From Desulfobacterales bacterium (lineage in GTDB: Bacteria; Desulfobacterota; Desulfobacteria; Desulfobacterales; SG8-13), in the NCBI GenBank assembly GCA_037383965.1, contig JARROL010000007.1, positions 1-56,803 on the forward strand: DNA of 56,803 bases. The letters run 5' to 3'. The position numbers were made by a program, and so were the translations under genes. A model generated the notes under the pieces. The model made no database searches. It was not told the DNA's origin and was given only the letters and a program-made list of their open reading frames with translations. Below are positions 1 through 9,271 of this stretch, in pieces. Position 1 is the first letter of the stretch. Each line of letters begins with the position of its first letter.

Positions 1-1
1 C

Positions 2-889
2 GCGAGCTTCGCGCGGGTCTCGTTTCAGTCCGCCTTCCTGAAGACCCACTTTCCGGCCGAGTTCGTGGCCGCGGTGATCAGCAACCAGGGTGGGTTCTAC
101 AGCACCTTTGCCTACGTGTCCGAAGCGCGGCGCATGGGGCTGGAAATCCTGCCGCCGGATGTCAACGCCGGCCGCATCCGCTGGCAGGGCCGCGACAATG
201 CGGTCCGGGTGGGCCTGCAGTCGGTGGCCGAACTGGGGACGTCCACGCAGCAGCGGATCGTCGACTGTCGCAAAGTCTCGCCGTATCGCAGCTTCAAGGA
301 TTTTTTAAAGCGGGTGCGGCCCGAAGAACCGGAGGCCCGCAGCCTGGTTCACGCCGGTGCCTTCGACGCCCTTCACCCCGGTGAAAGCCGGGCTTCCCTG
401 TTGTGGGACCTGGCCGCCTGGCAGCAGCGCCGCTCGAACCGGTCAAAACAGGCCGGGCTGTTCGATGCCGACCCGGAGGAGATCAAACCGTCGCTGCCGC
501 CGGACAACGAGCGCGACCGCCTGCGCCGGGAGTTTGCCACCTTGGGGTTTCTGTGCGACCGCCACCCGATGGTGCTTTTCGAAGACACTCTAAAGCACCG
601 GGGCATCGTCAAGGCCGTCGACCTGGGGCACTGTGCCGGACGGCGGGTGCGGGTGGCCGGCCTGCTCATCACCGGCAAAGTGGTCAGCACGAAGCACGGC
701 GAACCGATGGAGTTTTTGACCTTCGAGGATGAGACCGGCCTGGTGGAAACCACCTTTTTTCCCGAAGCCTACCGCAAGTTTTGCTGCATGCTCGACCGCC
801 ACCGGCCTTACATTCTCACCGGCAAGATCGAAGAAGACTTCGGGGCGGTGACCCTGACGGTCGATACGGTGGAGCCGATCCGGAGCTAA
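2..889 (+). CDS. dnaE: DNA polymerase III alpha subunit, C-terminal part (5' end outside window)
   Basis: The frame is open from the window edge. The translation ...SAFLKTHFPAEFVAAVISNQGGFYS... plus a C-terminal OB-like region is typical of DnaE. Stop TAA at 887-889. Confidence 0.85.
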   Translation, partial: ASFARVSFQSAFLKTHFPAEFVAAVISNQGGFYSTFAYVSEARRMGLEILPPDVNAGRIRWQGRDNAVRVGLQSVAELGTSTQQRIVDCRKVSPYRSFKDFLKRVRPEEPEARSLVHAGAFDALHPGESRASLLWDLAAWQQRRSNRSKQAGLFDADPEEIKPSLPPDNERDRLRREFATLGFLCDRHPMVLFEDTLKHRGIVKAVDLGHCAGRRVRVAGLLITGKVVSTKHGEPMEFLTFEDETGLVETTFFPEAYRKFCCMLDRHRPYILTGKIEEDFGAVTLTVDTVEPIRS

Positions 890-1154
890 TGTGCCGAACA
901 CCCTATTGCAACCGCTGAGCAGACGCGGAATGAATCTAAACCCTATTTTGGGGCAGCACGATACCCTTCCCAAAGGGTTGACAGGGTGTCACAATGTGGT
1001 ATGTTTCTTACAGGTATTAACGTATGGTTTCAACTGTACCCACTACAAATTATCCTTCTGACCTAAACCTCAAGACCCCGTTAATATCGTCGTCCCTCTA
1101 ATCGATGTACTGAAACACCACATGATACGCCCCGTCGAGCCAAGGAGGAGTGTT

Positions 1155-1550
1155 ATGACGATACTCAGAAATTACAACAGGATAATTCTTTCGGCCCTGC
1201 TGGCTGTGGGTATTCTGGTCTTTGCTGACGTTGTCGCCATTGCAACGGATACGACAGGCACAGAGATCTATGGCGTGGCGATAAAAGGATACGACCCTGT
1301 AGCCTATTTCACGGAAAATCGTGCCGTCAAGGGAAGCAGCGAGTTCTCCTTCAACTGGAATGAGGCCCGCTGGTATTTTTCGAAGGCTGAAAACCGCGAT
1401 CTGTTTGCAGCGAACCCCAAAAAATATACCCCTCATCACGGGGGATTCTGAGCAGTTAGTCTCTTAGCCGGCAAGGTTGCCGCGGAAAATCCCAAAGAGT
1501 GGAAAATCATCAATGGAAAACTCTATTTGGGTTGGGAGAAACCTGAATAG
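1155..1550 (+). CDS. Secreted YHS-domain protein, probable selenoprotein (in-frame UGA 1449-1451 read as Sec)
   Basis: AAGGAGG lies 7 nt before ATG 1155 and the N-terminus is signal-peptide-like. The motif GYDPVAYF...W.F....NRDLF...P.KY.P..GG is shared with the paralog at 44035-44499. The TGA aligns with that paralog's Cys, and in-frame similarity continues (WKI.NGKLYL) to TAG 1548-1550. Confidence 0.7.
1461..1499 (+). promoter_or_regulatory. Candidate bacterial SECIS hairpin for the YHS selenoprotein
   Basis: Upper stem CGGC(1469-1472)/GCCG(1479-1482) with apical loop AAGGUU. Lower stem CUCUU(1461-1465)/AAGAG(1495-1499). The loop starts 21 nt after the UGA. Confidence 0.4.
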
Positions 1551-1616
1551 CAGGGATCAAAGGCGGGTGGCGCGAATGGTTCCGGAACAAGTATCCAGTC
1601 GTTGAAAAATAGACCG

Positions 1617-3503
1617 ATGTCTGATTCTCAATTCAAAAGAAAACTGGCGGCCATATTAAGTGCGGATGTCGAAGGCTACAGCCGTTTGATGAGTTTGGAC
1701 GATGCCGACACGGTCAACACCCTAAAGTCTTACAGGGAAAAAATAAGCCGCTCGGTTCTCAGTCATTACGGCCGGGTTGTCGATTCTCCCGGTGACAATA
1801 TACTGGCCGAGTTTGTCAGTGCCGTCGATGCGGTTAAATGTGCCTTGGAGATTCAGGAAGAAATAAAAAAATGTAACACCTCACTGCCAAACGATCGCAA
1901 AATGGTTTTCAGAATCGGCATCAACCTCGGCGATGTGATTGCGGACGGCGACCGAATATACGGCGACGGCGTCAACATCGCGGCGCGGTTGGAGGGTCTG
2001 GCAACGGGCGGGGGCATTTGCATCTCGGGCAACACGTACGAGCAAATACAAAACAAAGTCCCCGTGGGGTGTGAATTCATCGGAAAGCAATCCGTAAAAA
2101 ATATCACCAACCCCGTTCCCACATATAGAATTTGGAAGGACCCTGATGCAACCACTTGTACGGTTCACGTTGCCGTGCGACGAAAATCGAAAAAGGCCTT
2201 GCTGACCGCAGCGGCGGTGGCGGTCATTATACTCGTCGGCGGCATAGTTTTTATGAAATATCAGCCCACCTCGACTTCTCATCCGCCACGTGATGATGTC
2301 ACCCGGTCGCTTGAAAATCCGTCCCCTGACAAGCCTTCCATCGCCGTCTTACCCTTTGCCAACCTGAGCAATGATGCCGATCAGGAATATTTCAGCGACG
2401 GTATTACCCAAGATATCATTACCGACCTGTCCAAGTTCCGAGAGCTGGCCGTAACGGCCAGCACGACCGTTTTTGAATACAAGGGAAAATCACCGAGTAT
2501 CAGGGAGTTGGCCAACGAACTGAACGTGAAGTACATTCTCGAGGGCAGCGTTCAAAAAGCGGGAAATCAGGTTCGCATCAATGCGCAGCTCATCGATACC
2601 GCCACCGGGAATCATATCTGGGCCCAGCGATTCAGTCGTCCATACGAAGATATCTTCGACCTGCAGGATGAAATCATAGAAAGGACAGTCAGAAAACTGG
2701 CCGTGAAGGTGGATCAGACTGAACAGGCCTTGGCCATGCACAAAAACACGGGCAGCCTGGAAGCCTACGATTATTTCTTACAAGCCTATTATTATTATTA
2801 CCAACGGACTCTCGAAAGCAATAATGAAGCGCGAAAATTATTTCAAAAAGCGATAGCGCGCGACCCAAATTACGCCGCTGCCTATGTGGGTTTGGCCAAA
2901 GCAAGAGAATTGGCTGTCAACTACGGTTGGACTGAATTTCCCAATGTTGTGCTCCAGGAAGCACTCGACCTGGCGAAAAAAGCGGTTCAATTGGATCCTT
3001 CCCTCGCCAGCGCTTACGGTGAGTTGGGCTATATCTACATGCGGTTCGGAGAATATGATCTCGCCAAGAGCGAACTTCAAAAGGCCATTGATTTGAACCC
3101 GAACGACTATGTCAGCTATAGGCACATGGGCGCTGTGCTGTTATATTCCGGCCACCCCGATGAAGCCATAGAATGGTTAAAAAAGCATTTTGAATTTGAC
3201 CCCGATATCTCTCCGGGGTCATACATGAATATTGGGATAGCGTATTATCTCAATGGCGATGACGTCCAGGCGATTCATTGGTTAAAGCAGGCGGCAACCA
3301 GATGGCCCACTTTTTTGGGATGCCACATTCTTCTCGCGTCAATATATGGGCAAACCGGTCAAATGGATCTGGCTGAGGCGGAGAAGGCGAAGATACTGAG
3401 CATTTCGCCCTTTTTCAAACTCGATTTTTACGGACAAGCGTATCGAAATCCCGACCATCGTGAAAAGATAGTCGCGGGACTCCGCAAAGCGGGTTTAAAT
3501 TGA
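1617..3503 (+). CDS. Class III adenylate/guanylate cyclase with TM segment, TolB-N-like region and C-terminal TPR repeats
   Basis: N-terminal LAAILSADVEGYSRLM...GDGVNIAARLE cyclase motifs, a hydrophobic segment, PSIAVLPFANLS...YFSDGITQDII, then TPR-like repeats. ATG 1617 is preferred over TTG 1602. Confidence 0.85.
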   Translation: MSDSQFKRKLAAILSADVEGYSRLMSLDDADTVNTLKSYREKISRSVLSHYGRVVDSPGDNILAEFVSAVDAVKCALEIQEEIKKCNTSLPNDRKMVFRIGINLGDVIADGDRIYGDGVNIAARLEGLATGGGICISGNTYEQIQNKVPVGCEFIGKQSVKNITNPVPTYRIWKDPDATTCTVHVAVRRKSKKALLTAAAVAVIILVGGIVFMKYQPTSTSHPPRDDVTRSLENPSPDKPSIAVLPFANLSNDADQEYFSDGITQDIITDLSKFRELAVTASTTVFEYKGKSPSIRELANELNVKYILEGSVQKAGNQVRINAQLIDTATGNHIWAQRFSRPYEDIFDLQDEIIERTVRKLAVKVDQTEQALAMHKNTGSLEAYDYFLQAYYYYYQRTLESNNEARKLFQKAIARDPNYAAAYVGLAKARELAVNYGWTEFPNVVLQEALDLAKKAVQLDPSLASAYGELGYIYMRFGEYDLAKSELQKAIDLNPNDYVSYRHMGAVLLYSGHPDEAIEWLKKHFEFDPDISPGSYMNIGIAYYLNGDDVQAIHWLKQAATRWPTFLGCHILLASIYGQTGQMDLAEAEKAKILSISPFFKLDFYGQAYRNPDHREKIVAGLRKAGLN

Positions 3504-3698
3504 TTGTCTAACCGAGTCTGGCTTGCGGATATTGCAGATAGACGTTACAACAATGTTTCTTGACAACCCGATCGTCCTCCGATAATTCCGTTTCCATCTT
3601 CCCGCGCATTGCGGGTTTTCCTCTTTTATACTGCGAAAAAAGCAGAACCCGAGATTGTATATTCAATCTGTTTTCGACTGCACAAGAAAGCGTTAGTA

Positions 3699-4562
3699 AT
3701 GAACCGCTTACCGTTGCTGGACCGATTGGCCGATTCGATCGTGCGACGTATATCTGGCGAGGGCGGCCGTCGCAAGATGGCACAGAGCCGGTTCCATGAC
3801 GAAATGCGCGGACGGTTGCCCCGGAGTTTCCAGACCCCGGACCCAGGGCCACCCGCCCCGGAACACCTCCTTCGGACCACTGCGGGAATGGCGGAAGCCG
3901 AGGTCGAAAAGTGGCTGGACCCGGACTTCTACTTCCGCACCGGCTATGATCAAATGCGCGAATTTGTCCATGCGCTGGATGCGGTGTCCTTCAATATCCG
4001 GACGGTGGGAAGCGTCTTCGAACTCGGTTGCGGTTCGGGGCGGCTTCTGCGCCACCTGCGCTGCATCCAAGGCATCCATCTTATCGGTTCCGACATAAAT
4101 GGCGAATGTATAAAATGGTGCCGGGAACACCTTCCGGGAATCGCGTTTTATCGCAACTATCTCGAGCCGTCCCTGACATTCTTAGAGGCGGCCTCCGTCG
4201 ATCTCATCATCGCATCGTCGGTCTTCACCCACATACCGTTGGCGCAGCAGCGACCGTGGCTCGAGGAATTGTACCGCGTGATGCGGCCCGGCGGGATTTT
4301 CCTTTGCACCGTGCTGGGACGCAGCTATGAGAAAGCCATGCTGAGCGCAGAAGATCGGAAGAGACTGCAGAAGGACAGGCATCTGGTCCTCGACGCCCAG
4401 GATTGCAAGGCTTCGCTGGCGACGCAGCGCGCGGGTTCCTGCGACGTTTTTCAGACCCGATCGGAGGTTGTGGCCGTGTTCGGCTCTGTGTTTCAATTGC
4501 TGGATTACATCGACTGCGGGGCCGGCGGACAGGACCTGCTCGTCCTGCACAAACCCCGGTAA
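3699..4562 (+). CDS. Class I SAM-dependent methyltransferase
   Basis: Motif I VFELGCGSGRLL and a post-I/II pattern (DLIIASSVFTHI, MRPGGIFL). The start is uncertain; the ORF is open from 3609. Confidence 0.7.
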   Translation: MNRLPLLDRLADSIVRRISGEGGRRKMAQSRFHDEMRGRLPRSFQTPDPGPPAPEHLLRTTAGMAEAEVEKWLDPDFYFRTGYDQMREFVHALDAVSFNIRTVGSVFELGCGSGRLLRHLRCIQGIHLIGSDINGECIKWCREHLPGIAFYRNYLEPSLTFLEAASVDLIIASSVFTHIPLAQQRPWLEELYRVMRPGGIFLCTVLGRSYEKAMLSAEDRKRLQKDRHLVLDAQDCKASLATQRAGSCDVFQTRSEVVAVFGSVFQLLDYIDCGAGGQDLLVLHKPR

Positions 4563-4741
4563 TACATCGGCAGAGTGGAGACCAACGGACCCATTCTTTT
4601 CGAATTTTGAATGGGTCTCGATAAAAGAGCTTTTGCTCGTCGTTTCAATTTCTGATAGATGGATAACGTTGGCCGTGTGTAACCAGTTCGTTTTCGTCCA
4701 TAAATGGTATAACGCCTGCACAAAATCCAGGAGAGCGCGAT

Positions 4742-5542
4742 ATGAAACGAAAAGTCTCCCTTTTTGTGGTGGTTACCCTGTTTTGTGTCGGAATGTGGGT
4801 CGCCGCGCACGCCGAACCTCTTGACGACAACGAATATGCGGTGGCAGAGCCATCGACCTTGACCGTCGGCGGGCGCGGAGAAGTATCTGTTGCCCCGGAC
4901 CGCGCGGTCCTGAGGCTGGGCGCCGTCGCCCAGGCGGCGAAAGCATCCGAAGCGCAGAACCAGGTCAACCAGGTCGTGCAACATATTATAAAGGACATCA
5001 AATCCCAAGGAGTTGCCGATAAACACATTACAACCATCGATTTATCCATTTATCCTGTCTATGGAAATCAGCAGCCGGAACCTCAGGGACAGAACCCTCA
5101 GCCGGTTATCCGCGAGTATCGTGCCAGCAACATCATCAGAGTTCAAATCGAAGAATTGGAAAGCCTCGGGGGTGTGATCGATGCCGGTCTCAGCGCCGGC
5201 GCCAACCGAATTGAGGGGCTTTCATTCGACCTTAAAGATGACGGCAAATTCCGAGCACAGGCCTTGCGCCTGGCCACCGAGGAAGCCGATGCCAAAGCGA
5301 GTGCCATTGCCAGGGCTATGGAAGTCGAGATCGTCGGCATCAAGCAGATATCCGAGACGGGCATCAGCCTTGTGCGCCCGCAAATGAACTCCGGGCGCGT
5401 TTTTTCCGCGAAAACCGCGGCAACGCCCGTGCAAACCGGACAGGTCCGCGTCGAAGCCTCTTTAACGGTGACCTACTATATCACAGACACCGCACCCCCA
5501 GAGTCCGACACCAACACCATCAGTTCAGCCAATTCTAAATAA
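4742..5542 (+). CDS. SIMPL/DUF541 (BP26/Omp28-like) periplasmic protein
   Basis: Signal peptide followed by a SIMPL-like pattern: VAPDRAVLRLGAV...A.EAQNQVNQVV, ...GQVRVEASLTVTY. Confidence 0.75.
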   Translation: MKRKVSLFVVVTLFCVGMWVAAHAEPLDDNEYAVAEPSTLTVGGRGEVSVAPDRAVLRLGAVAQAAKASEAQNQVNQVVQHIIKDIKSQGVADKHITTIDLSIYPVYGNQQPEPQGQNPQPVIREYRASNIIRVQIEELESLGGVIDAGLSAGANRIEGLSFDLKDDGKFRAQALRLATEEADAKASAIARAMEVEIVGIKQISETGISLVRPQMNSGRVFSAKTAATPVQTGQVRVEASLTVTYYITDTAPPESDTNTISSANSK

Positions 5543-5722
5543 CCAGAAAAAGTCTGCTTGACCGGGAGACGGATTGCGATTAAAGGTGAAGCGTCTTACT
5601 GTGTCAGAAAGATCGTTCCGGCCGATTGCCCGGATCATCCATTGGTTGTTTGCAGCTCAACCGGGGAACAATTTTTTCGGGCCGCCGCCAATTCCCCCTT
5701 CACTGCCGTTCGGTGATGCACA

Positions 5723-6391
5723 ATGAAAACCCGTCCTCGAATCCTTTGGCTGGCAACCGCCTGCGCGATACTTATGCTCGCCGCACCGATTTCGCCCGTC
5801 ACAGCGGCTTCCGCCTCATCCGTAGAAAACCTTTCGGAAAATGACAGTCTCATAACAATCAGCGTACAAAACATGCCCCTGGGTGAGGTGTTGGAAAAAA
5901 TCGAAGAGACCACCGACCTGAAATTCAACCTCGACGAGCAGTGGAAAGACATCCCCGTCAGCGTAACACTCGATAAAACCCCACTGAACAAGGCATTGAA
6001 GCGCATTTTAGTGAACTTGAACAACGTGATCATATACGGCTCGAATGACCAGGTCAAAATCGTAGTATTTGGAAAAGCCGAACCCGGCAGCACCACCGGC
6101 CGACCCGCGGGGCCGCCCTCTTATGTACAACCGCAGCCCTTACCGCAACCACCCCCTTTACCGGATGAAAATCCGTCACTCTCCGAGGAACTCGAGCCGG
6201 AAGACAGTACCGCACCTGAAGAGTCGGCTGAAATGGCACCGGACGATCAGGAACAGCAAACGCAGGAAGCGGCCGCTGAAGGTGACGGTGAAACCAAAAC
6301 CGACACCGCCGAGAGCGGTTCTCAGACTGAACAAACAGCAGAAGGCGAAGCGCCTCAGGAAGGTCAACCTGCGGGGCAGCAAGCTGAATAA
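5723..6391 (+). CDS. Secreted protein with STN-like (secretin/TonB N-terminal-type) domain and acidic P/E/Q-rich tail
   Basis: Signal peptide. ITISVQNMPLGEVLEKIEETTDLKFNLDE...VSVTLDKTPLNKALKRILVNLN..IIYG fits the STN pattern. The C-terminal 100 aa are low-complexity. Confidence 0.55.
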   Translation: MKTRPRILWLATACAILMLAAPISPVTAASASSVENLSENDSLITISVQNMPLGEVLEKIEETTDLKFNLDEQWKDIPVSVTLDKTPLNKALKRILVNLNNVIIYGSNDQVKIVVFGKAEPGSTTGRPAGPPSYVQPQPLPQPPPLPDENPSLSEELEPEDSTAPEESAEMAPDDQEQQTQEAAAEGDGETKTDTAESGSQTEQTAEGEAPQEGQPAGQQAE

Positions 6392-6672
6392 AACCCGACC
6401 CGACTCTTACCCCACCCACTTTGTCATCATCCGATACATTTCTTCGATGCACTTCCGCCGGATCGTTTTGTTTCGTGAGCAATCCACCCAATTCAGGTCG
6501 CGCTCATGCAACCGGCCGAGAACGGCTGCACTGAAGCGTCTTGCACAAAATGGCAAGTCAAAGTCCGGCCCGCTTGTGAGATTTGGGTTGAAAAGGCCGT
6601 GAAGCTATAATAATTATTAGGTTTCGTGATAAAAATGCCGGTACCGATTTTCCACTCGTGAATAGCAAGTTG

Positions 6673-6688
6673 TGGCATTAAATTTGCA
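6673..6688 (+). promoter_or_regulatory. Sigma-54 type -24/-12 promoter upstream of gspF
   Basis: TGGCAT-TAAAT-TTGCA. GG(6674-6675) and GC(6686-6687) are exactly 12 nt apart, matching TGGCAC-N5-TTGCW, and the element lies 79 nt upstream of ATG 6767. Confidence 0.55.
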
Positions 6689-6766
6689 TATATTTTCAAT
6701 GGAAAGAAAAGGGATTCTTGACGATGACACATCAAATCAAGCTTTTAGAAAGGCACCATTACCGAT

Positions 6767-7993
6767 ATGCCGGTTTTTGAATACGTAGCGCTAGACCAAC
6801 GGGGCAAAAACATCTCGGGCATCATCGATGCGGACAGTGTCGCTGCCGCGCGCCAGAAGCTGCGGGGGTCAAACCGATTTCCAGTTCAAATCAAGGAAGC
6901 AACCGATGACCAGAGACAGAGGGCATCCAAAGGTCTGTTCAGTCAGGGTCTATTCACCCGTGTGCGTCAACGCGACGTCACCCTTATGACCCGGCAACTG
7001 GCTACCTTGGTCGGAGCGGGATTCCCTCTGGTCTCCGCTCTCGAAGCCCTCCTGCCCCAGATCAAGTCTTACGCTTTCAACAAGGTTCTGGCGCAAATCA
7101 AGGATTCCATCGTGGAGGGCAACAGTTTCGCCGGCGCGATCTCGCTTTATCCGGAAACCTTCTCCCCCCTGTACAAGAATATGGTGCGTGCCGGCGAAAG
7201 CTCGGGTACGCTCGAAATCGTCTTGGACAAACTGGCCGATATCATGGAAAAACAGCAGAAGCTGAAAAATCGCATTCAGTCGGCTTTGGCCTATCCGGCG
7301 CTCATGACGGTCATGGGAACCCTTATCCTCGTCCTGCTGTTGGTATACATCGTTCCCTCCATCACCGCCATATTCGCCGACGTCAACCAGGCGCTGCCGG
7401 CTCCGACGCTGTTTCTGATCGGCACCAGCAATCTGTTCAAATCATACTGGTGGGTCCTTGTGATCGTCATTATTTCATTCCTGATATTTTTCCGGCAATT
7501 CAAAAAGACTGAAAAGGGACGCGCCCTGATCGACAAGATGCTGCTCACCATGCCGATGGTTGGCCCATTGATTCAAAAACTGGCGGTTGCCCGGTTTTCC
7601 CGAACTTTGGGCTCATTGCTCGCCAACGGGGTGTCCATGCTGCAGTCCATGGACATCGCCAAGAACATTGCCGGCAACGTTGTAATATCCGAAGCCGTCG
7701 AAATTGCGGCCAGGGAAGTCGGCCAAGGACAAGGATTGGCGAAATCGCTCTCAGCGACCCGAGTTTTTCCGGATTTGACGGTACAGATGATTCAGGTTGG
7801 TGAGCAGAGTGCCACCTTGGAATCGATGCTTAACAAAATGGCAGATGTTTTTGACAGCGAAGCGGAATCGAGTATAATGAGCATGACCTCTCTGCTGGCC
7901 CCGATACTGATTCTGATCATGGGTGTCATCGTCGGCTTTATCGTCCTGTCGATCTGTCTGCCGATCTTTGAAATGAGCACCCTGGTGCGATAA
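6767..7993 (+). CDS. gspF: Type II secretion system inner-membrane platform protein GspF
   Basis: 408 aa. N-terminal MPVFEYVALDQRGK.. and a duplicated GspF/PilC domain pattern with 3 TM segments. Confidence 0.93.
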   Translation: MPVFEYVALDQRGKNISGIIDADSVAAARQKLRGSNRFPVQIKEATDDQRQRASKGLFSQGLFTRVRQRDVTLMTRQLATLVGAGFPLVSALEALLPQIKSYAFNKVLAQIKDSIVEGNSFAGAISLYPETFSPLYKNMVRAGESSGTLEIVLDKLADIMEKQQKLKNRIQSALAYPALMTVMGTLILVLLLVYIVPSITAIFADVNQALPAPTLFLIGTSNLFKSYWWVLVIVIISFLIFFRQFKKTEKGRALIDKMLLTMPMVGPLIQKLAVARFSRTLGSLLANGVSMLQSMDIAKNIAGNVVISEAVEIAAREVGQGQGLAKSLSATRVFPDLTVQMIQVGEQSATLESMLNKMADVFDSEAESSIMSMTSLLAPILILIMGVIVGFIVLSICLPIFEMSTLVR

Positions 7994-8083
7994 CAACCGA
8001 CATGCAGACTTTTTTTAACCGGGCGTTTATCATTTTTCATTTGAAAACCAGACGTTTTATTATGTTGAATCACGGGAGGGTAA

Positions 8084-8539
8084 ATGGTTTTGAGAATACC
8101 CCGCGCACTGCGCGGTAACAGCGGTTTTTCGCTGATCGAATTGATGGTGGTCGTGATCATCTTGGGCATCCTGGCCATGTATATCGGACCGAAACTGATG
8201 GGACGTACCGAGCAGGCCAAGGAGGTGCAGACCAGAGTTCAGATCGAGGGCCTCGAAACCGCTCTTAAACTTTACAAACTGGACAACGGCGTGTACCCGA
8301 CCACTGAACAAGGTCTTCAGGCCCTGGTAGAAAGCCCGGATGCAGAAAATGTTTTGCAGAACTGGCGCAAAGGCGGTTACCTCGAGAAAGGCAAAGTCCC
8401 GAAGGATCCGTGGGGCAATGAATTTATCTACCTGTCACCCGGAATTCAAGGTGACTATGACATCACTTCTTATGGTGCAGACGGCGTGCCGGGCGGCGAA
8501 GACGAGAACAAGGATATCAACAGCTGGGAGATCGAGTAA
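8084..8539 (+). CDS. gspG: Type II secretion major pseudopilin GspG
   Basis: GGGAGGG RBS, prepilin motif G/FSLIELMVVVIILGILA, and C-terminal DPWGN.FIY.SPG..GDYDI.SYGADG..GG. Confidence 0.93.
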   Translation: MVLRIPRALRGNSGFSLIELMVVVIILGILAMYIGPKLMGRTEQAKEVQTRVQIEGLETALKLYKLDNGVYPTTEQGLQALVESPDAENVLQNWRKGGYLEKGKVPKDPWGNEFIYLSPGIQGDYDITSYGADGVPGGEDENKDINSWEIE

Positions 8540-8575
8540 TCTTTCGATCCCCCCTGTGTCTGCAGGCCGGAATTC

Positions 8576-9139
8576 ATGCACCTCTTCCTGCTGAAACGTA
8601 AATGCAGTATTCTCCGATCCAGAACGCTGCCGATGCCGTTTTCCGGAGCCGGAAACGGTTTTACGCTGATCGAGATCGCCGTAGTGATCCTGCTCATCAG
8701 TATCATGCTGCTGGTTGCCGTTCCGCGACTGCCGGACTCTCCATTGACCGACCAGACCCGCAAAACCAAGCGCTGGTTCATTCTTAAGGTTCAGGACCTG
8801 AAGGAGCGCGCCGTTCGGGATCAAAAAACGTACACGCTGCATGTCGGGATCGATTCAAAGCAATTGTGGGTCACGAGCGATGACATGTCGGATGAGAGCA
8901 AAGAACTGGCCGAAAAAAATGCGTTTAAACTCGACGAGGATTTGAAGGTGCTCGATGTCGAATATCCGGGAGACCAGAAAGTAGAATCCGGACGGGCCGA
9001 TATCCTTTTTTTCGCAAAGGGCTACTCGGACCGGGCCATCATTCACATGTCCGACGGCGACGCGCGATTCTCGTTTCAAATCGAACCGTTTCTATCGAAC
9101 GTCAAGCTCTACGATGCCTATACCGGATTTGAGGAATAA
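8576..9139 (+). CDS. gspH: Minor pseudopilin, GspH-like
   Basis: Prepilin motif GNG/FTLIEIAVVILLISIML. The alternative start ATG 8633 would give a normal short leader (MPFSGAGNG). Confidence 0.65.
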   Translation: MHLFLLKRKCSILRSRTLPMPFSGAGNGFTLIEIAVVILLISIMLLVAVPRLPDSPLTDQTRKTKRWFILKVQDLKERAVRDQKTYTLHVGIDSKQLWVTSDDMSDESKELAEKNAFKLDEDLKVLDVEYPGDQKVESGRADILFFAKGYSDRAIIHMSDGDARFSFQIEPFLSNVKLYDAYTGFEE

Positions 9140-9271
9140 GGCGATAATCCCCGACAGGTTTTTCTCATGTCGGATAGCCGGTCGCCGCCACCGAGCTTTG
9201 GTTTCTCGTAAAGGCACCCAATTTTATTGACGCCTGATTCAAGACGTGAGTCAATACTGAAAAGAATCTCT

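Noticed and set aside
1122-1154. Upstream ATG 1122 as the start of the YHS gene.
   Set aside because: AAGGAGG (1142-1148) sits inside that extension at ideal spacing for ATG 1155, and the signal peptide begins at 1155.
6069-6602. 177-aa ORF overlapping the 3' half of 5723-6391 in another frame.
   Set aside because: It is a basic low-complexity translation of the same P/E/Q-rich repeat DNA. The frame with the signal peptide and STN-like domain is the coherent one.
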